Below are positions 32,611 through 44,368 of a stretch of 64,000 nucleotides of DNA, piece by piece. The position numbers and the translations under genes were made by a program. Positions within the stretch are counted from its first letter, which is position 1; each line of letters starts with the position of its first letter. The notes beneath the pieces are model-generated. The model saw nothing but the letters and a program-made list of their open reading frames with translations. It had not been told where the DNA came from and did no database searches. Source of the stretch: Macrostomum hystrix (Eukaryota > Animalia > Platyhelminthes); NCBI GenBank assembly GCA_950097015.1, contig CATNEN010000039.1, forward strand, positions 15,376,001 through 15,440,000, written 5' to 3'.

Positions 32611-33675
32611 CTACGCAGCAGCTCCGAGTTCATGAGGCCGCGACCGCGCGTCGCCGCTCTTTGATCGAGTCTGGCCGCCGCCACTGCCCGCCAAGCCGCT
32701 GCAGCGCTCGGTCACCGATTCGAGTTTGCGACGAAAGTCAGCATTCAGCGTCAGCTGCAGCAGCGGCTTGACTGTACAGCTGCACAGAGCCAGCCAGACG
32801 AAGACATTGTGCATCGCCTGTTGCGATTCGGCCAGGAAGCGGACAAAAGTCACGTGACAGAAGTAGGGCAGCCACAGCAGGTTGAAGAGCACGTAGTTAA
32901 GCATGACGGAGGCCAGCGAACGCACTAGCTTGCGTTGCTCCGCAATCTGCCTTGCTCCGGCAATCAAGTCGCGAATGCGATTTCGCGATGCCATGACGTG
33001 AGTCAGCACTCGGCAATAGCAGAAGCCGGCCACAGCCGATGGCACAGTCACCATCAGCAGCATGACGGCCACCGCCAGAACCGGATTGCTGTCGCTATCG
33101 TCGCCGAAGAAGCACAGAAAGCTGTCTGGGACGTATCTAAACGCGCGCTGAGAGAAAACAATGCCACTGAGAGCCAGCCAGAGAATCCAGTTGATGCTTA
33201 GCCGGACAATGACGTGGCCGGGGCCCTCCAGGCAGCGATGGTAAGCCGCCTGGTGTAGCACGTACACGTAGCGATTCAGGCCGATCAGGGCGAAACTCGA
33301 ATTGGCCACGCCGACGCAGACAAAGAGGGCGCAGCCGCTAGCCAGGCAGACGTCGCTGCCGAGGATCATGGAGCTTGTGAGACGCTGGGCGAACACCAAA
33401 GGCAGGATTAGGACACAGACTAGAAGGTCACAGACTGCAATGTTGCCGACGCAAGCGTTGATACCACTCTGCAGGCTGTGAAATTTGCCAAGGAGGCACA
33501 GGATGACAATGTTACCAGCGATGCCAATGCAGGCAATCACAATGAGAAACACCAAGGCTCCAATGCGCCAGCCGGGACTGTTCAATAGCGGCGAAATAGT
33601 TGCTATGGGCACAGCCGTTTCTAGGCTGCCATTCACTTCGATGTCGGCCAGTGTGACGCTCAGATTAGCAGACAT
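32611..33675 (-). CDS. Intronless rhodopsin-like GPCR with NRY motif (melatonin receptor/moody/Tre1-like)
   Basis: GN in TM1, IAVCDL in TM2, LNRYVYV after TM3, LWLPY in TM6, N-terminal N-glycosylation sites; probable ATG at 33675. Confidence 0.9.
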   Translation of the reverse strand: MSANLSVTLADIEVNGSLETAVPIATISPLLNSPGWRIGALVFLIVIACIGIAGNIVILCLLGKFHSLQSGINACVGNIAVCDLLVCVLILPLVFAQRLTSSMILGSDVCLASGCALFVCVGVANSSFALIGLNRYVYVLHQAAYHRCLEGPGHVIVRLSINWILWLALSGIVFSQRAFRYVPDSFLCFFGDDSDSNPVLAVAVMLLMVTVPSAVAGFCYCRVLTHVMASRNRIRDLIAGARQIAEQRKLVRSLASVMLNYVLFNLLWLPYFCHVTFVRFLAESQQAMHNVFVWLALCSCTVKPLLQLTLNADFRRKLESVTERCSGLAGSGGGQTRSKSGDARSRPHELGAAA

Positions 33676-33850
33676 GGCAGTCCGGTCAGTCGGTCGGTTT
33701 TCAGAGGCCAACAAGCGGGCTTGAAGATGACAGGACTGGCGCGCGCGAGCTTAAGAGCTTGCTACGAATATCCTCCACCCCAATTCTAAAAACTGCCTGG
33801 CTGACTCACTGATTGGTTGGAAACTGGAATCCTTCATTTCGGAACAAGAA

Positions 33851-33906
33851 GTGGTGAGTGGCGAAGCGGCCCGACCCTCTCATCAAGAGTCCCGAGTTCG
33901 AATCAA
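33851..33906 (+). other. Short tRNA-like fragment (SINE head or tRNA relic)
   Basis: A box TGGCGAAGCGG and B box GAGTTCGAATC; no complete cloverleaf seen. Confidence 0.4.
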
Positions 33907-34514
33907 GAACTGTCGATATTTAAAAAAATTTCTTCTGTTTTCATCTCGCGTTTGTAGCTCGAGTAGCTAGACCGCCATAGTAAAGGGCGGAGAATTTCGA
34001 TTCAATCGGTGGACTTTAACAAAATATGGTCATTCAGTTTGGGAGCTGTCGTAAAATCGGCATCCTTGTTTAAAATCGGTGTTCAATGATATCTTGATTA
34101 ATGAGTCATTGGTTTTAATTAGCAGAGGGACAGGTTCAAATCTGGAGAAATCAGGTTTAGGAACCATCATAATATTATGAATATGAGCAGATTAAATTAG
34201 GCAAATCACGTGCAGCACCAGAGAAGCCAGCTTAAACCATTTTCAATGCAGATGAAAAAGCTTAGCAATATTTTTTAGACCAGTCGACGTGAAAATGATT
34301 CGAATGTAGATTCAGATAAGGTCAAGATTAAGGTCAAAGCAAAGCGTCTAAGGTAAAATTATCGCCTCAAATGATCTGCAGTTTTCCTCATAGAGCAAAG
34401 CTAGATTTTTGCGCAAGCAATGTATAAAATATCAGTGTATAAAAATCACTCGTTAGTATATTTAAGGAGAGCTTTGGGACATGGAGCATCAATCGGTTGA
34501 CGTTGACGGTTTAT

Positions 34515-34654
34515 TTGACAATAGACCCGCAGCCAGCGACGAGGCAATTCTGCCCAATTTGCGGACTCCTGAGCACATACGCATGCTGCACGCAGGCACA
34601 CGCTCACACAGGTGTGTACATCTGACTTTCAGGGCAGACTCGTCAGGCAGGGCA
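34515..34654 (-). mobile_element. SINE family A, 3' fragment
   Basis: Reverse complement matches CAGATGTACACACCTGTGTGAG...GCAGAATTGCCTC. Confidence 0.8.
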
Positions 34655-37177
34655 TTATTATTCCTCCAGCATAAAATAACTTCATTGACGTGCAATGGTT
34701 TTATGTTGGGACAAAAACGCAGATAGATTCGACTCAAAAGAAAACAGTGGATTTTTTCTAACAAAAATATCCAAAAAGTAGTGGCACAACAACCTTAATC
34801 ATAGATGTCAGGCATGTCTCTCACGCGAGCGTGAATATTTATAATTATTAGCTGTGCTTTTTCACACGAGACCTCAATATTTCTGTTCAATTTCCAAACA
34901 ATTTTCAATGGAATCTTGAATTATTTATCATCTGCGCAGGACTACAATTACAAGAAAATAATGGCCAACATCTGCGAGAAAAATAAGCCGTGTTCGCTTA
35001 TAGCCTTATGGCTATCAGCAAGCCAGTGAGAGACAGTAATTACAAATTAACATCTGCGCATGGCTTAGAAAATCTTTAAAACGGCGGTCTCAGCTGTTTA
35101 TAAGAATCATGATCACCTCATTCTATTTAATTGCGCATATTCTACATAAATCTGCCTAAATTCTGATTTCTGCTCTGGATCAAAGGAAATTGCAAGTGCA
35201 AGTGCGTGAGAGAAAAATGCGCTTTGTCTTACTGGGGTTAGACTAGGCGTCTTGTGGGATTAAAAGCTTCAGGGAAGGAACTTCATATGACAGCAACATT
35301 GCCGTTTTTAAATTCTCTTAGCGACCAAAATTAGACAGATTAACAAACAGGAAAGCTTATAATCCGTTAGAGAACAATCTGGTAAAGAGATCATCAAATA
35401 CTTTTGTTTTCGAAGTAGGCTAAAATATCGGAAATTTTCTAGAAAGTGTAGCGATATAGCTCATAACAGCACTAATTTTGATAGTGTACCGAAGACTCTA
35501 CTCATGCAAGGAGTGTCCAGTAGTATGACCTGGACTTCAAGCAAAAGTATAAATTGAATGAGAAATAATATTTGTCATGATGTAAAATATTAGAAATTTA
35601 TATTATGGTTTAATTATTAAAACACTGTTATTAGTCACTTCGAAACATATGTATAATCTGGAAAAGCACAATAGATTGGCTAAAACACCTCTATATATGT
35701 ACCATACAATACAATAGAGTAAGAGTTGTAGCTGCATAGGCCTAGCTACAGCTATGTATTTAATTGCATTGCAGTCATAGCACTGAATTTATAGCGATTC
35801 TTATCCTTAATTTTTCAACTTTCTTATCCTACATTTTTTCTGTTACAATTTTATGCATTACAATGCTGCATACTTGGCATTTGAGTAATGACCAAGCCAA
35901 CTATAAAAGCTTTTGATAACACTTTTACTTCAAATTGTATTAGATATTGAGATATAGAGTCTTAATAATGTTTTAAGTATTGTTTAAAAGTAAAGTAAAA
36001 AGGACACAGGATGACATAACTACTTTTAATAGTGTAGTGGGCTACTACACAAAGTAAAATACATTGGTTTAACTGATAAATAAGTTTAGCTTACAATGTG
36101 CATGCAAAATCATTAAATCCCAATTCGTCATAACTACTACTTGTTTCAGATAAGGCTAAAATCGCCACCCTTCGGAGCGGAGTGATCTTTTATCATCTAA
36201 ATTGTCCTTTAGCTACTTTGTCCTTCAATGTGAATATAAAAATAAACTTAAGAGTCATGAACATGTTTATGGGATAATAAAGAGCAGAGCAGTCAATGTA
36301 TTATAAACTTGCGCATTACAACTGACAAAAGACCGCTTTATTTTTATTTCAGCGGGCTCTTAGCGCAGGTTATCTGTGTTTTAGTGCCTCAAGCTCGGAT
36401 ATGCTTTACATAAAGCTACAATAAAAATGAGTGAAATTGCCACGACAGCAAATACTCGAATATGATAACATTTTAGTTGTCATTACTAGCGAATATAAAT
36501 ATACAAATAAACAATTTATTACGTTAAAAGCAATTTTAATTACATGTGTGCTACTAGGCAATTAAAATCACACATAAAGATACTTTTATATAAGAGCAAA
36601 TGTGTTATACTGCTCAAAACTAAAACAAGGAAGTCTAGTATAGGCTTTTCGGAACAAGAATCGGTTGCGAAATTAAAAAACTACAAGTACACTACAAAAC
36701 TACGAACTTACAAAGCATGTACATCTAAATAACAATTAGAAGTAGAAGTAGAAATGAAACGTCCTGTCACGCGATCTACTTTTAGTGGTCCTTAGGTACA
36801 ACGCTGCAGCGCCTTAGAATAGAACGAGAGCGATGACCTTTTTAGTAGGTCAACTGATAATCAACCCATTGTATTAGATTTAGAATAAATTTACATGCAA
36901 TAGGAAATTCATAACAACTTAATTCTTGTTCTAGAGTCGAATTTATGAAAACTCTTTGGTGGGCCTTTTTTTGGTTGTGCAATATATAAATGTTAATGCA
37001 GCTGGATGACAAGGCTAATGTTTCGTCAATAGTTAGTAAGAGTATAATCTAGCTGTGAGCTAGCTATTAATTTATATAAAGGTGTGAGTCATTAATTCCT
37101 GTTATTACAACAATACAATATCTACAAATCTTCCTGAAGTCGTGTTGCTACAGAACGTGCAGCAAATTAAAGACATA

Positions 37178-39151
37178 CAATACAATACAATACAATAAGT
37201 ACAATGTCCACCGACCACAAGTGGCCTGAAGATGGGGGCATTGTCAAAAAACACGTCTGGTCGCACAGTCTCTGATAAAGGCAGTGCCATTAGCCTGATC
37301 GGGCGCCCTGGTGTCTTCTAACAGACAGTCGATGAACCTCCGGGTTCGCGCCTGACCTCGCCGGTATGGGCCCTGCTGCGTGTGCAGCAAAACCTCCTGC
37401 AGCGGCTCCGGGCAGTAGGTCTCAGCGCGGAGAGCGTGACCCGTCAGCTTCAGGCGCCGTTGTCGCAGGATCACGCTTGGAGGGCTCAGCTTTGCCCGTT
37501 GATAGAGGGCCTGGTTGTGACATGATCGGTGTGGCGGTGGATGCTGAAGGCAGCGCGCAGCAGGCTGGAGTGAGCTGCGTCCAGCTGACGTTGCAGCACC
37601 TCCGTCATGGTCCAGGTTTCGGCATTGTAGAAAAGCACGGTTTCCACAACCGCCTGGAACAGTCGGGTCCTCAGCAGATCTGGCAGGGCGTCGCTTTGAA
37701 GTACGACTCGAACTGAGCGGAAAGCTGCCCAGGCGAGCCCTCTGCGACGTCGCAAATCCTCTTGGACACTGGGCACAAGACCGCAAAGATACCGGAACTG
37801 CTCACACCGGGGTAGGGATGTTGCCGTCGAGCTGTCTATGCTGGGAAGACGGATGTCAGCTGGCAGGTCAGCAGGCACAGTGAGGACCTCCGTCTTCTTG
37901 GCGTTGATTTTGAGGCCAACGCTTGCAGCGGCAGCAGCGAGGCCGTCAAGCAGGCGTTGGGCACCTTCAGCGGTGGAGGCTAACAGGGCCAGGTCGTCGG
38001 CGTAGCCTAGGACTGCCAGCCGCTTCTCTGGGTGCCGGCTGCTTGTTCGCCTGCATAGGATGTAGCCGTCTGAGTTGTCCGGTAGAACTGTCCGCAGCAC
38101 CCAGTCCAGGATGAGGATGAACAGGAAAGGAGCGAGGGTGTCTCCCTGCAGGACTCCGGATGATGTTGTGAATGGGTCAGACAGGCCATCAGGTGTGACC
38201 ACAGCGGTGAGCGTGTCTTGATAGAGCGCCATCACTGCTGCGATCAGCTTCTCTGGTACATTGTGGGCTCGGAGAACCAGTGATATCGCGCCTCGAGCCA
38301 CTGAGTCGAAAGCCTTCAGGAAGTCAACAAACAGACAGAAAAGGTCCGATTGGCGAATGCGCGATTCCTCGATGATTCTCCTGAGCGCCAGAATTTGTGT
38401 GACAGTGCCGCGTCGTGGCCGGAACCCATTCTGCTCATGCCGCAGGTACGGGTCCAGCACAGGCTGCAAGCGCATCAGTAGCAACTTGTTATACAGCTTG
38501 GCGGCGCAGGACATTAAGGAGATGCCTCGGTGTTCTTCGATCTTGTTTGTGCCCGGCTTCTTGGGGATGCCGAGGATTTGGGCTCGAGTCCACTCAGGAG
38601 GTGCGATGCCTGTGTCGAGGACACCATTGATCACCCGAGCTATCTCCTGGGCAACCTTGGGCATTCTGAGCGCCTCGATTGGGAATTCGTCGGGGCCCGT
38701 AGCCTTGCCGCCTGGTGTGTTCTTGGCGAGCTGAGAGACGTCGGTTGCAGTCACATGTCCAGTGCAGAATTTGTGTGGAGGCGGCAGCGATGTGCCTGGT
38801 GGTAGTGCGAGTGCATTGGGGAGTGCAGGAGGCGGCGCGTTCACTATGCTGGAGAAGAAGTCCCGCAGGCTGTTCTTGCGCTCCTCTGGTGTGTCCCCAG
38901 CCAGGTTAAGTGCCGAGCGCTGTTTCCTGCCCGTGAGGGTGTTGATGGCAGTCCACGGTGCCGCTCTTCCTGTTCCTCGCGGATGTGACAGCACGGATGG
39001 CATCGCCCACCGCAGCCAGCTGCTGCTCTTTATAGACAGTGGCAAGAGCATTTTCTGCCTCGTCTGTTGTGCGCCTGCTCCTCCTGAGTCGTTGCAATCG
39101 CTCTTTGGCCTCTCTGATTGATGGGTCGCTCATCCACACTGGTTGCGAGCG
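37178..39151 (-). mobile_element. 5'-truncated RTE-like non-LTR retrotransposon (RT region, frameshifted at both ends)
   Basis: RT motifs RGISLMS, EQNGFRPRR, FVDFLKAFDSV, GVLQGDTLAPFLF, YADD; (TATTG)n tail; 10-bp TSD TAAAGACATA at 37168-37177 and 39152-39161. Confidence 0.93.
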
Positions 39152-39737
39152 TAAAGACATAAAGAACCTCAAATATCCGACAAGACTACATTCTGCTCAG
39201 TGGCAATCAATATTTTTCTTGCATGCACGAGTTTTTTACGATTAGAATTGACACATTGCAAAAGAAGGGAGATCGGTGTCATAAAATGAATGTCCTAGCT
39301 GGAGCGTGAGGAATTTAAAGCTAGCGACTATTCACTATTCACCGGGGTCGGTGTCCTACCAATCGTTTCAATAGCAGCAGGGGAAATCTGAAAATAAATA
39401 GATAGATATAAATAGATAAAGGTAGCGAGCGAAGCGGAATTAGATAAGCGATGAGACCCACGTGTCGTCCTCCGGCCCGGTGAAACTCCCAATGAAAAAG
39501 GAATAACACAGTATGAACACAAAGACTCGAAGAATTTGATTTGAGAGTGATTTAATCAGTTTTGTGACTCGCTAAGATTCCAGATAAGAATTGATTTGAA
39601 TCTCGTTTACTTGCTCAAATTGATTCAAAAGTTACACTGACAGAATGAGGATGTTCACGCGGAGATAAACTATAGCGCGCTCACAGTGAAAAGCAAGTCT
39701 GGTCTAACAAATTGGACATAACAATTTTACTTAAACT

Positions 39738-40327
39738 GGCCTAATCCGCGCCCTACTCTTCCCGAGAGGCTCCGGTTGTCTCTGCTTTCAGCGCTGCCCC
39801 GACAGATCCTATCGGTTGGCACTCCTTTTGCCTGACGGCGGAGTCTCCGAAGAGAGCACGTACTGACTTCGACAACAAGCGCCTATCTAGACCACCCTTG
39901 TCAGCGGCGCACTCTCAAGACGCGTAGCGCCGAAAGCTACCTAACTGAACAAGCGGAGCGTGGTCGGGCGGGGCGAGACAAAACAAAGTGGACTGGTTTG
40001 CACGTGCTTCTCACAGTGTGAGGCGAATTGCGGAGAGCGATAAAAGTCACTGCAAAAACACGCTTCCTTTCATAGAGTCATTTTAACCCCAAATTAGGCC
40101 GATCGGCGAGGTGGATGCCTGGCTGTAGCTTGAGCCAAGGCGACAAATCACAGTAGACTCGCGACCGCCGTTCTGAGCCCCGGGGTCGCTTCTTGCCGAG
40201 GGTAGACAGGTAGTGAGGCCGGGTCGCTCGCTGATTGGCCGGGACTGTAGCCCAGGGGTAGCGCTCGCGGGGTGGTGGGCGTCCGTTCCCCCGGCTGGTC
40301 CGGCCCGGCTTGGCGTGGGTGACTTTT
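39738..40327 (+). ncRNA. Candidate large structured non-coding RNA of unknown family
   Basis: Many manually identified helices with G-U pairs on the + strand, an end-closing helix 39744-39752/40312-40320 and a terminal TTTT; no convincing ORF. Confidence 0.5.
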
Positions 40328-41325
40328 AGCTAGAAAGACACGTGCGTCTAAAATTAGACAATGAGCACCGAATAATAACACGGGGAGATAGGAGGGCAAA
40401 CAAGCTGACACTACATCGGGTGAAAATGACTCTTATAGCTGGCTCTCAAACGAATACGGCTGCGTTGGCGGCAGTCTTCTTCGATTAAAGTCTAGAATGC
40501 TAAAAATCAGGTCCACTGCTGTCACGGATCTCAGAGCTTGCGGACCAATTGGCATGTCACTGACGTCCGTTTTTCAACCTTTAAACTCGTTCAGCCACCT
40601 GTTCCCTGTCATCTTGTTGACGGAATGGTTGCCATGCGCATGCGGTGCAGAGATAGCGGTGAATAACAGCTGGTTTGTACGCGGGGCTTTAAGCTTCAAA
40701 GATAGCGATGCCGCAGATTGATTGCCACTGGCAGAATGCTACTACATGTAGCAGCTATTTGAGGCTCTGTAAGTCTGTGGCTGATCTCCCTCTACTTAAA
40801 AGCACCTTGCTCTTCAAAACATATCGAAATCGATTGCACTTCAAATCATAAAAAAGAAGCGACTTCCCACTTTTAAACAATACCAAATTGTCGTTCCGAT
40901 TCGACTTACAAACATTCGCAACAGGTAAAAGTAGCACTACTTTCCAGCCGGACGAAGCCTCGTACTTAGAAGTTAGATAAATTACATTATAAGGACGTCT
41001 ATTTATTTTTATAGGTTTAAGATCGGCCTATCACATATAAAATTTTTCGAATACGCTCGTACTGTGTAATGATTGATGTTCTTGGCTATCATTTTGCACA
41101 ATGATTAACACGAATTAGTTGTGACGTTCTATTTAGAACGGGCTCTCTAGATTGGCGTTAAATCTACATTATTTACGTCAGCCTATATAACGTACACAGT
41201 AAAGTAATTATAGTTTTTCATTAGCGTGTGTTTGCGCTATGAAAAGAAGCATATCACTTGTCGATACTACATGTCAGTTTTGTTGGAATAATTTTTTTTT
41301 CTAGCTATGGTCGCTTTCATTCGCT

Positions 41326-44184
41326 TTAATTGCATTCGTCTTGGATATCTTGCAAGCGTCTAAGGCGCCTTTCCCGGCGCCGATTCTTGTCAATTAGGCG
41401 GAGAAGTTGGCGAACAGCTCGACTAAGAGACCGGTCGGCAGGGGCGTCGTCTCGCCGACGCGCAGCTCCGACGCTCTGCAGGTGCCAGCGATGATGCCGA
41501 ACTCGGCACAGACGGAGCTCGCGCACCAACCGAATCGCGGGTTGGCCGTGTCTGGCAATTTATAAAAAAAATTTGTGAACTACTGTTGATCCATTTAAAG
41601 AAAAAAATAATTGCACGAGGGCTGCAGGCAATGGCACATCATTTGGTGACATTAGACCTGCAGACAACGAGGAGGCAATGCTGACTCCTGAGCACACGCA
41701 CTGCACAGGTGTGTAAATCTGTCCTGACTTTCTTATAGTCAGGCAGGGTGAGGCAGTGTACACTCTCACAGTGCTTAGGAGGTCGGCCCTCAAGGGCGTA
41801 AATTGCACGACAAGCCCCCAAGCCTTCTCTCCGCGGCTGCGCCAAATGAATGTGGCCTCGCCTCGGAATCGAGCTCAGGGACCTCATGCTTAAAGAGGCA
41901 AACGCGATAACTGTTTGCCACTCACCCCGTAACACAATCGCCATGCAAGTCAATGAATTTCAATTTGATTAACTGCTGATTGTAATTTGGCGCATGATAA
42001 TAAATCACGCTGAGCATGAGGGCAATGGAGGGGCCGATTACTCCCCCCCCCAATTTAGGCGTTATCATACTGTAACCTGCAATAATTTAAGAATGCGCAC
42101 ATCACTTTGAATCATGGACATTTGAAGCGTGCGACTATAGTTTACTCTGAGCGCGCAGCAATTCATCATTGGTGACGCTTCAAATGTCTATGGATCAAAG
42201 TGACGTGCAATTTGGCTACACCAGTTGCACTTGTGCAGTTGTCTATGCATGGCCCCACAGATACTATAATAACAGCGAGGAGGATTCTTTTCCCGCTCGC
42301 CCGGGGCGATAAACGGAACTATTTGTCCTAGACAACTCACAAACACAGGCTTAACTTGACGCTTTGAAACTTAACAGGCAATTATTAATCAGGTCCTTCG
42401 CGCACGATAAACTGCCCCTTTAACTTCCTCAATTACTTTTAACGTTTAGCAAGTGTACCGGTCACTTGTCAGACAAGCTATTCCACCGATTCGGCAACCG
42501 TCCTCACCCGAATGATTAATGATCTCATACATGAACTTGTCAGACAAGCTATTCCACCGATTCGGCAACCTTCCTCACCTGAATGATTACTGATCTCATA
42601 CCTGAACTTGTCAGACAAGCTATTCCACCGATTCGGCAACCTTCCTCACCTGAATGATTACTGATCTCATACCTGAACTTGTCAGACAAGCTATTCCACC
42701 GATTCGGCAACCGTCCTCACCCGAATGATTAATGATCTCATACCTGAACTTGTCAGACAAGCTATTCCACCGATTCGGCAACCTTCCTCACCTGAATGAT
42801 TACTGATCTCATACCTGAACTTGTCAGACAAGCTATTCCAACGATTCGGCAACCGTCCTCACCCGAATGATTAATGATCTCATACCTGAACTTGTCAGAC
42901 AAGGTATTCCACCGATTCGGCAACCGTCCTCACCCGAATGATTACTGATCTCATACCTGAACTTGTCAGACAAGCTATTCCACCGATTCGGCAACCTTCC
43001 TCACCTGAATGATTACTGATCTCATACCTGAACTTGTCAGACAAGCTATTCCACCGATTCGGCAACCGTCCTCACCCGAATGATTACTGATCTCATACCT
43101 GAACTTGTCAGACAAGCTATTCCACCGATTCGGCAACCGTCCTCACCCGAATGATTAATGATCTCATACCTGAACTTGTCAGACAAGGTATTCCACCGAT
43201 TCGGCAACCGTCCTCACCCGAATGATTACTGATCTCATACCTGAACTTGTCAGACAAGCTATTCCACCGATTCGGCAACCTTCCTCACCTGAATGATTTC
43301 TGATCTCATACCTGAACTTGTCAGACAAGCTATTCCACCGATTCGGCAACCGTCCTCACCCGAATGATTACTGATCTCATACCTGAACTTGTCAGACAAG
43401 CTATTCCACCGATTCGGCAACCTTCCTCACCCGATTGATTACTGATCTCATACCTGAACTTGTCAGACAAGCTATTACACCGATTCGGCATTCTTCCCCA
43501 CCTGAATGATTACTGATCTCATACCTGAACTTGTCAGACAAGCTATTCTACCGATTCGGCATTCTTCCTCACCTGAATGATTACTGATCTCATACCTGAA
43601 CTTGTCAGACAAGCTATTCCACCGATTCGGCAACCTTCCTCACCCGATTGATTACTGATCTCATACCTGAACTTGTCAGACAAGCTATTCTACCGATTCG
43701 GCATTCTTCCTCACCTGAATGATTACTGATCTCATACCTGAACTTGTCAGACAAGCTATTCCACCGATTCGGCAACCGTCCTCACCCGAATGATTAATGA
43801 TTAATGATTAACGGTGAGACTTCGTGTGCTTTACCCGGAATAACTTAAGCTTCTATTTAAGTCTGATATCTAATATTCACGGGGGGGCTCACCTCGCCGC
43901 ATCCGCCTTCGCTGCCAGCAGCAGAATCGGTCCGCGAAGCTCAGCAAAGCTGCGATCCCTTAGCAGCACATCCTGCAGCCTGTCGCGCGCCTCATTCCAA
44001 CTGTCCGGATCGGCGAAATCTACGACGTAGATGACAGCGTCAACGAAGTGCAACAGGCGGCTCCAGACGGGCAAGAGGCGTGCCGAGCCGCCAACCTCCA
44101 CGAGGGTGAGGCGTCGGTTGTCAGACAATTCCAGCGTGGTCTCAAGAGTGCCTTGTGTTGGCTCTGGGACTCGATAAGCTAAGC

Positions 44185-44220
<36 letters not shown>

Positions 44221-44368
44221 CTAGACGGTATGCAATCTGCGTCTTTCCAGCATTGCTAGCACCGAGTACCGCCACTCGATACTCGGCCGATCGCCTCCGT
44301 GAATTGCCGCCGGCAAGCCAAGATCCGGCAGATTGTATCAGACTGAGCAGCAGCTGCAGCTCAAGCAT
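41326..44368 (-). CDS. Divergent Arf-like (ARL) small GTPase, 2 exons, about 233 aa
   Basis: Exons 44368-43893 and 41551-41326 (phase 2); VAVLGASNAGKT, PT, LVEVGGS, AVIYVVDFAD, LLLAAKAD, RWHLQSVGA. Confidence 0.88.
41601..41928 (-). mobile_element. tRNA-derived SINE, family A, intronic
   Basis: Reverse complement colinear with 18344-18703. Confidence 0.88.
42097..42208. repeat. Foldback / MITE-like inverted repeat
   Basis: 34-bp arms 42097-42130 and 42175-42208, 30/34 match, 44-bp spacer. Confidence 0.75.
42464..43800. repeat. 71-bp minisatellite, about 19 units, in the ARL intron
   Basis: Unit ACTTGTCAGACAAGCTATTCCACCGATTCGGCAACCGTCCTCACCCGAATGATTACTGATCTCATACCTGA. Confidence 0.97.

Noticed and set aside
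39936-40092. Telomerase RNA identity for the structured RNA candidate
   Set aside because: The overall topology is loosely reminiscent, but TAACCC (40084-40089) gives only one TTAGGG repeat without alignment bases, and ACCTAAC would template TTAGG; unsupported unless the host telomere repeat differs
39740-40160. Group I intron or RNase P/MRP motifs (AATCCGC, AATTGCGG, CAGTAGACT, AAAAGTCAC)
   Set aside because: The motifs are in the wrong order or lack partner elements (no S element, no CR-V or bulged P4)
42464-43800. CRISPR-like appearance of the 71-bp array (also the 35- and 55-bp arrays)
   Set aside because: Units are head-to-tail with no unique spacers, there are no cas genes, and the context is eukaryotic
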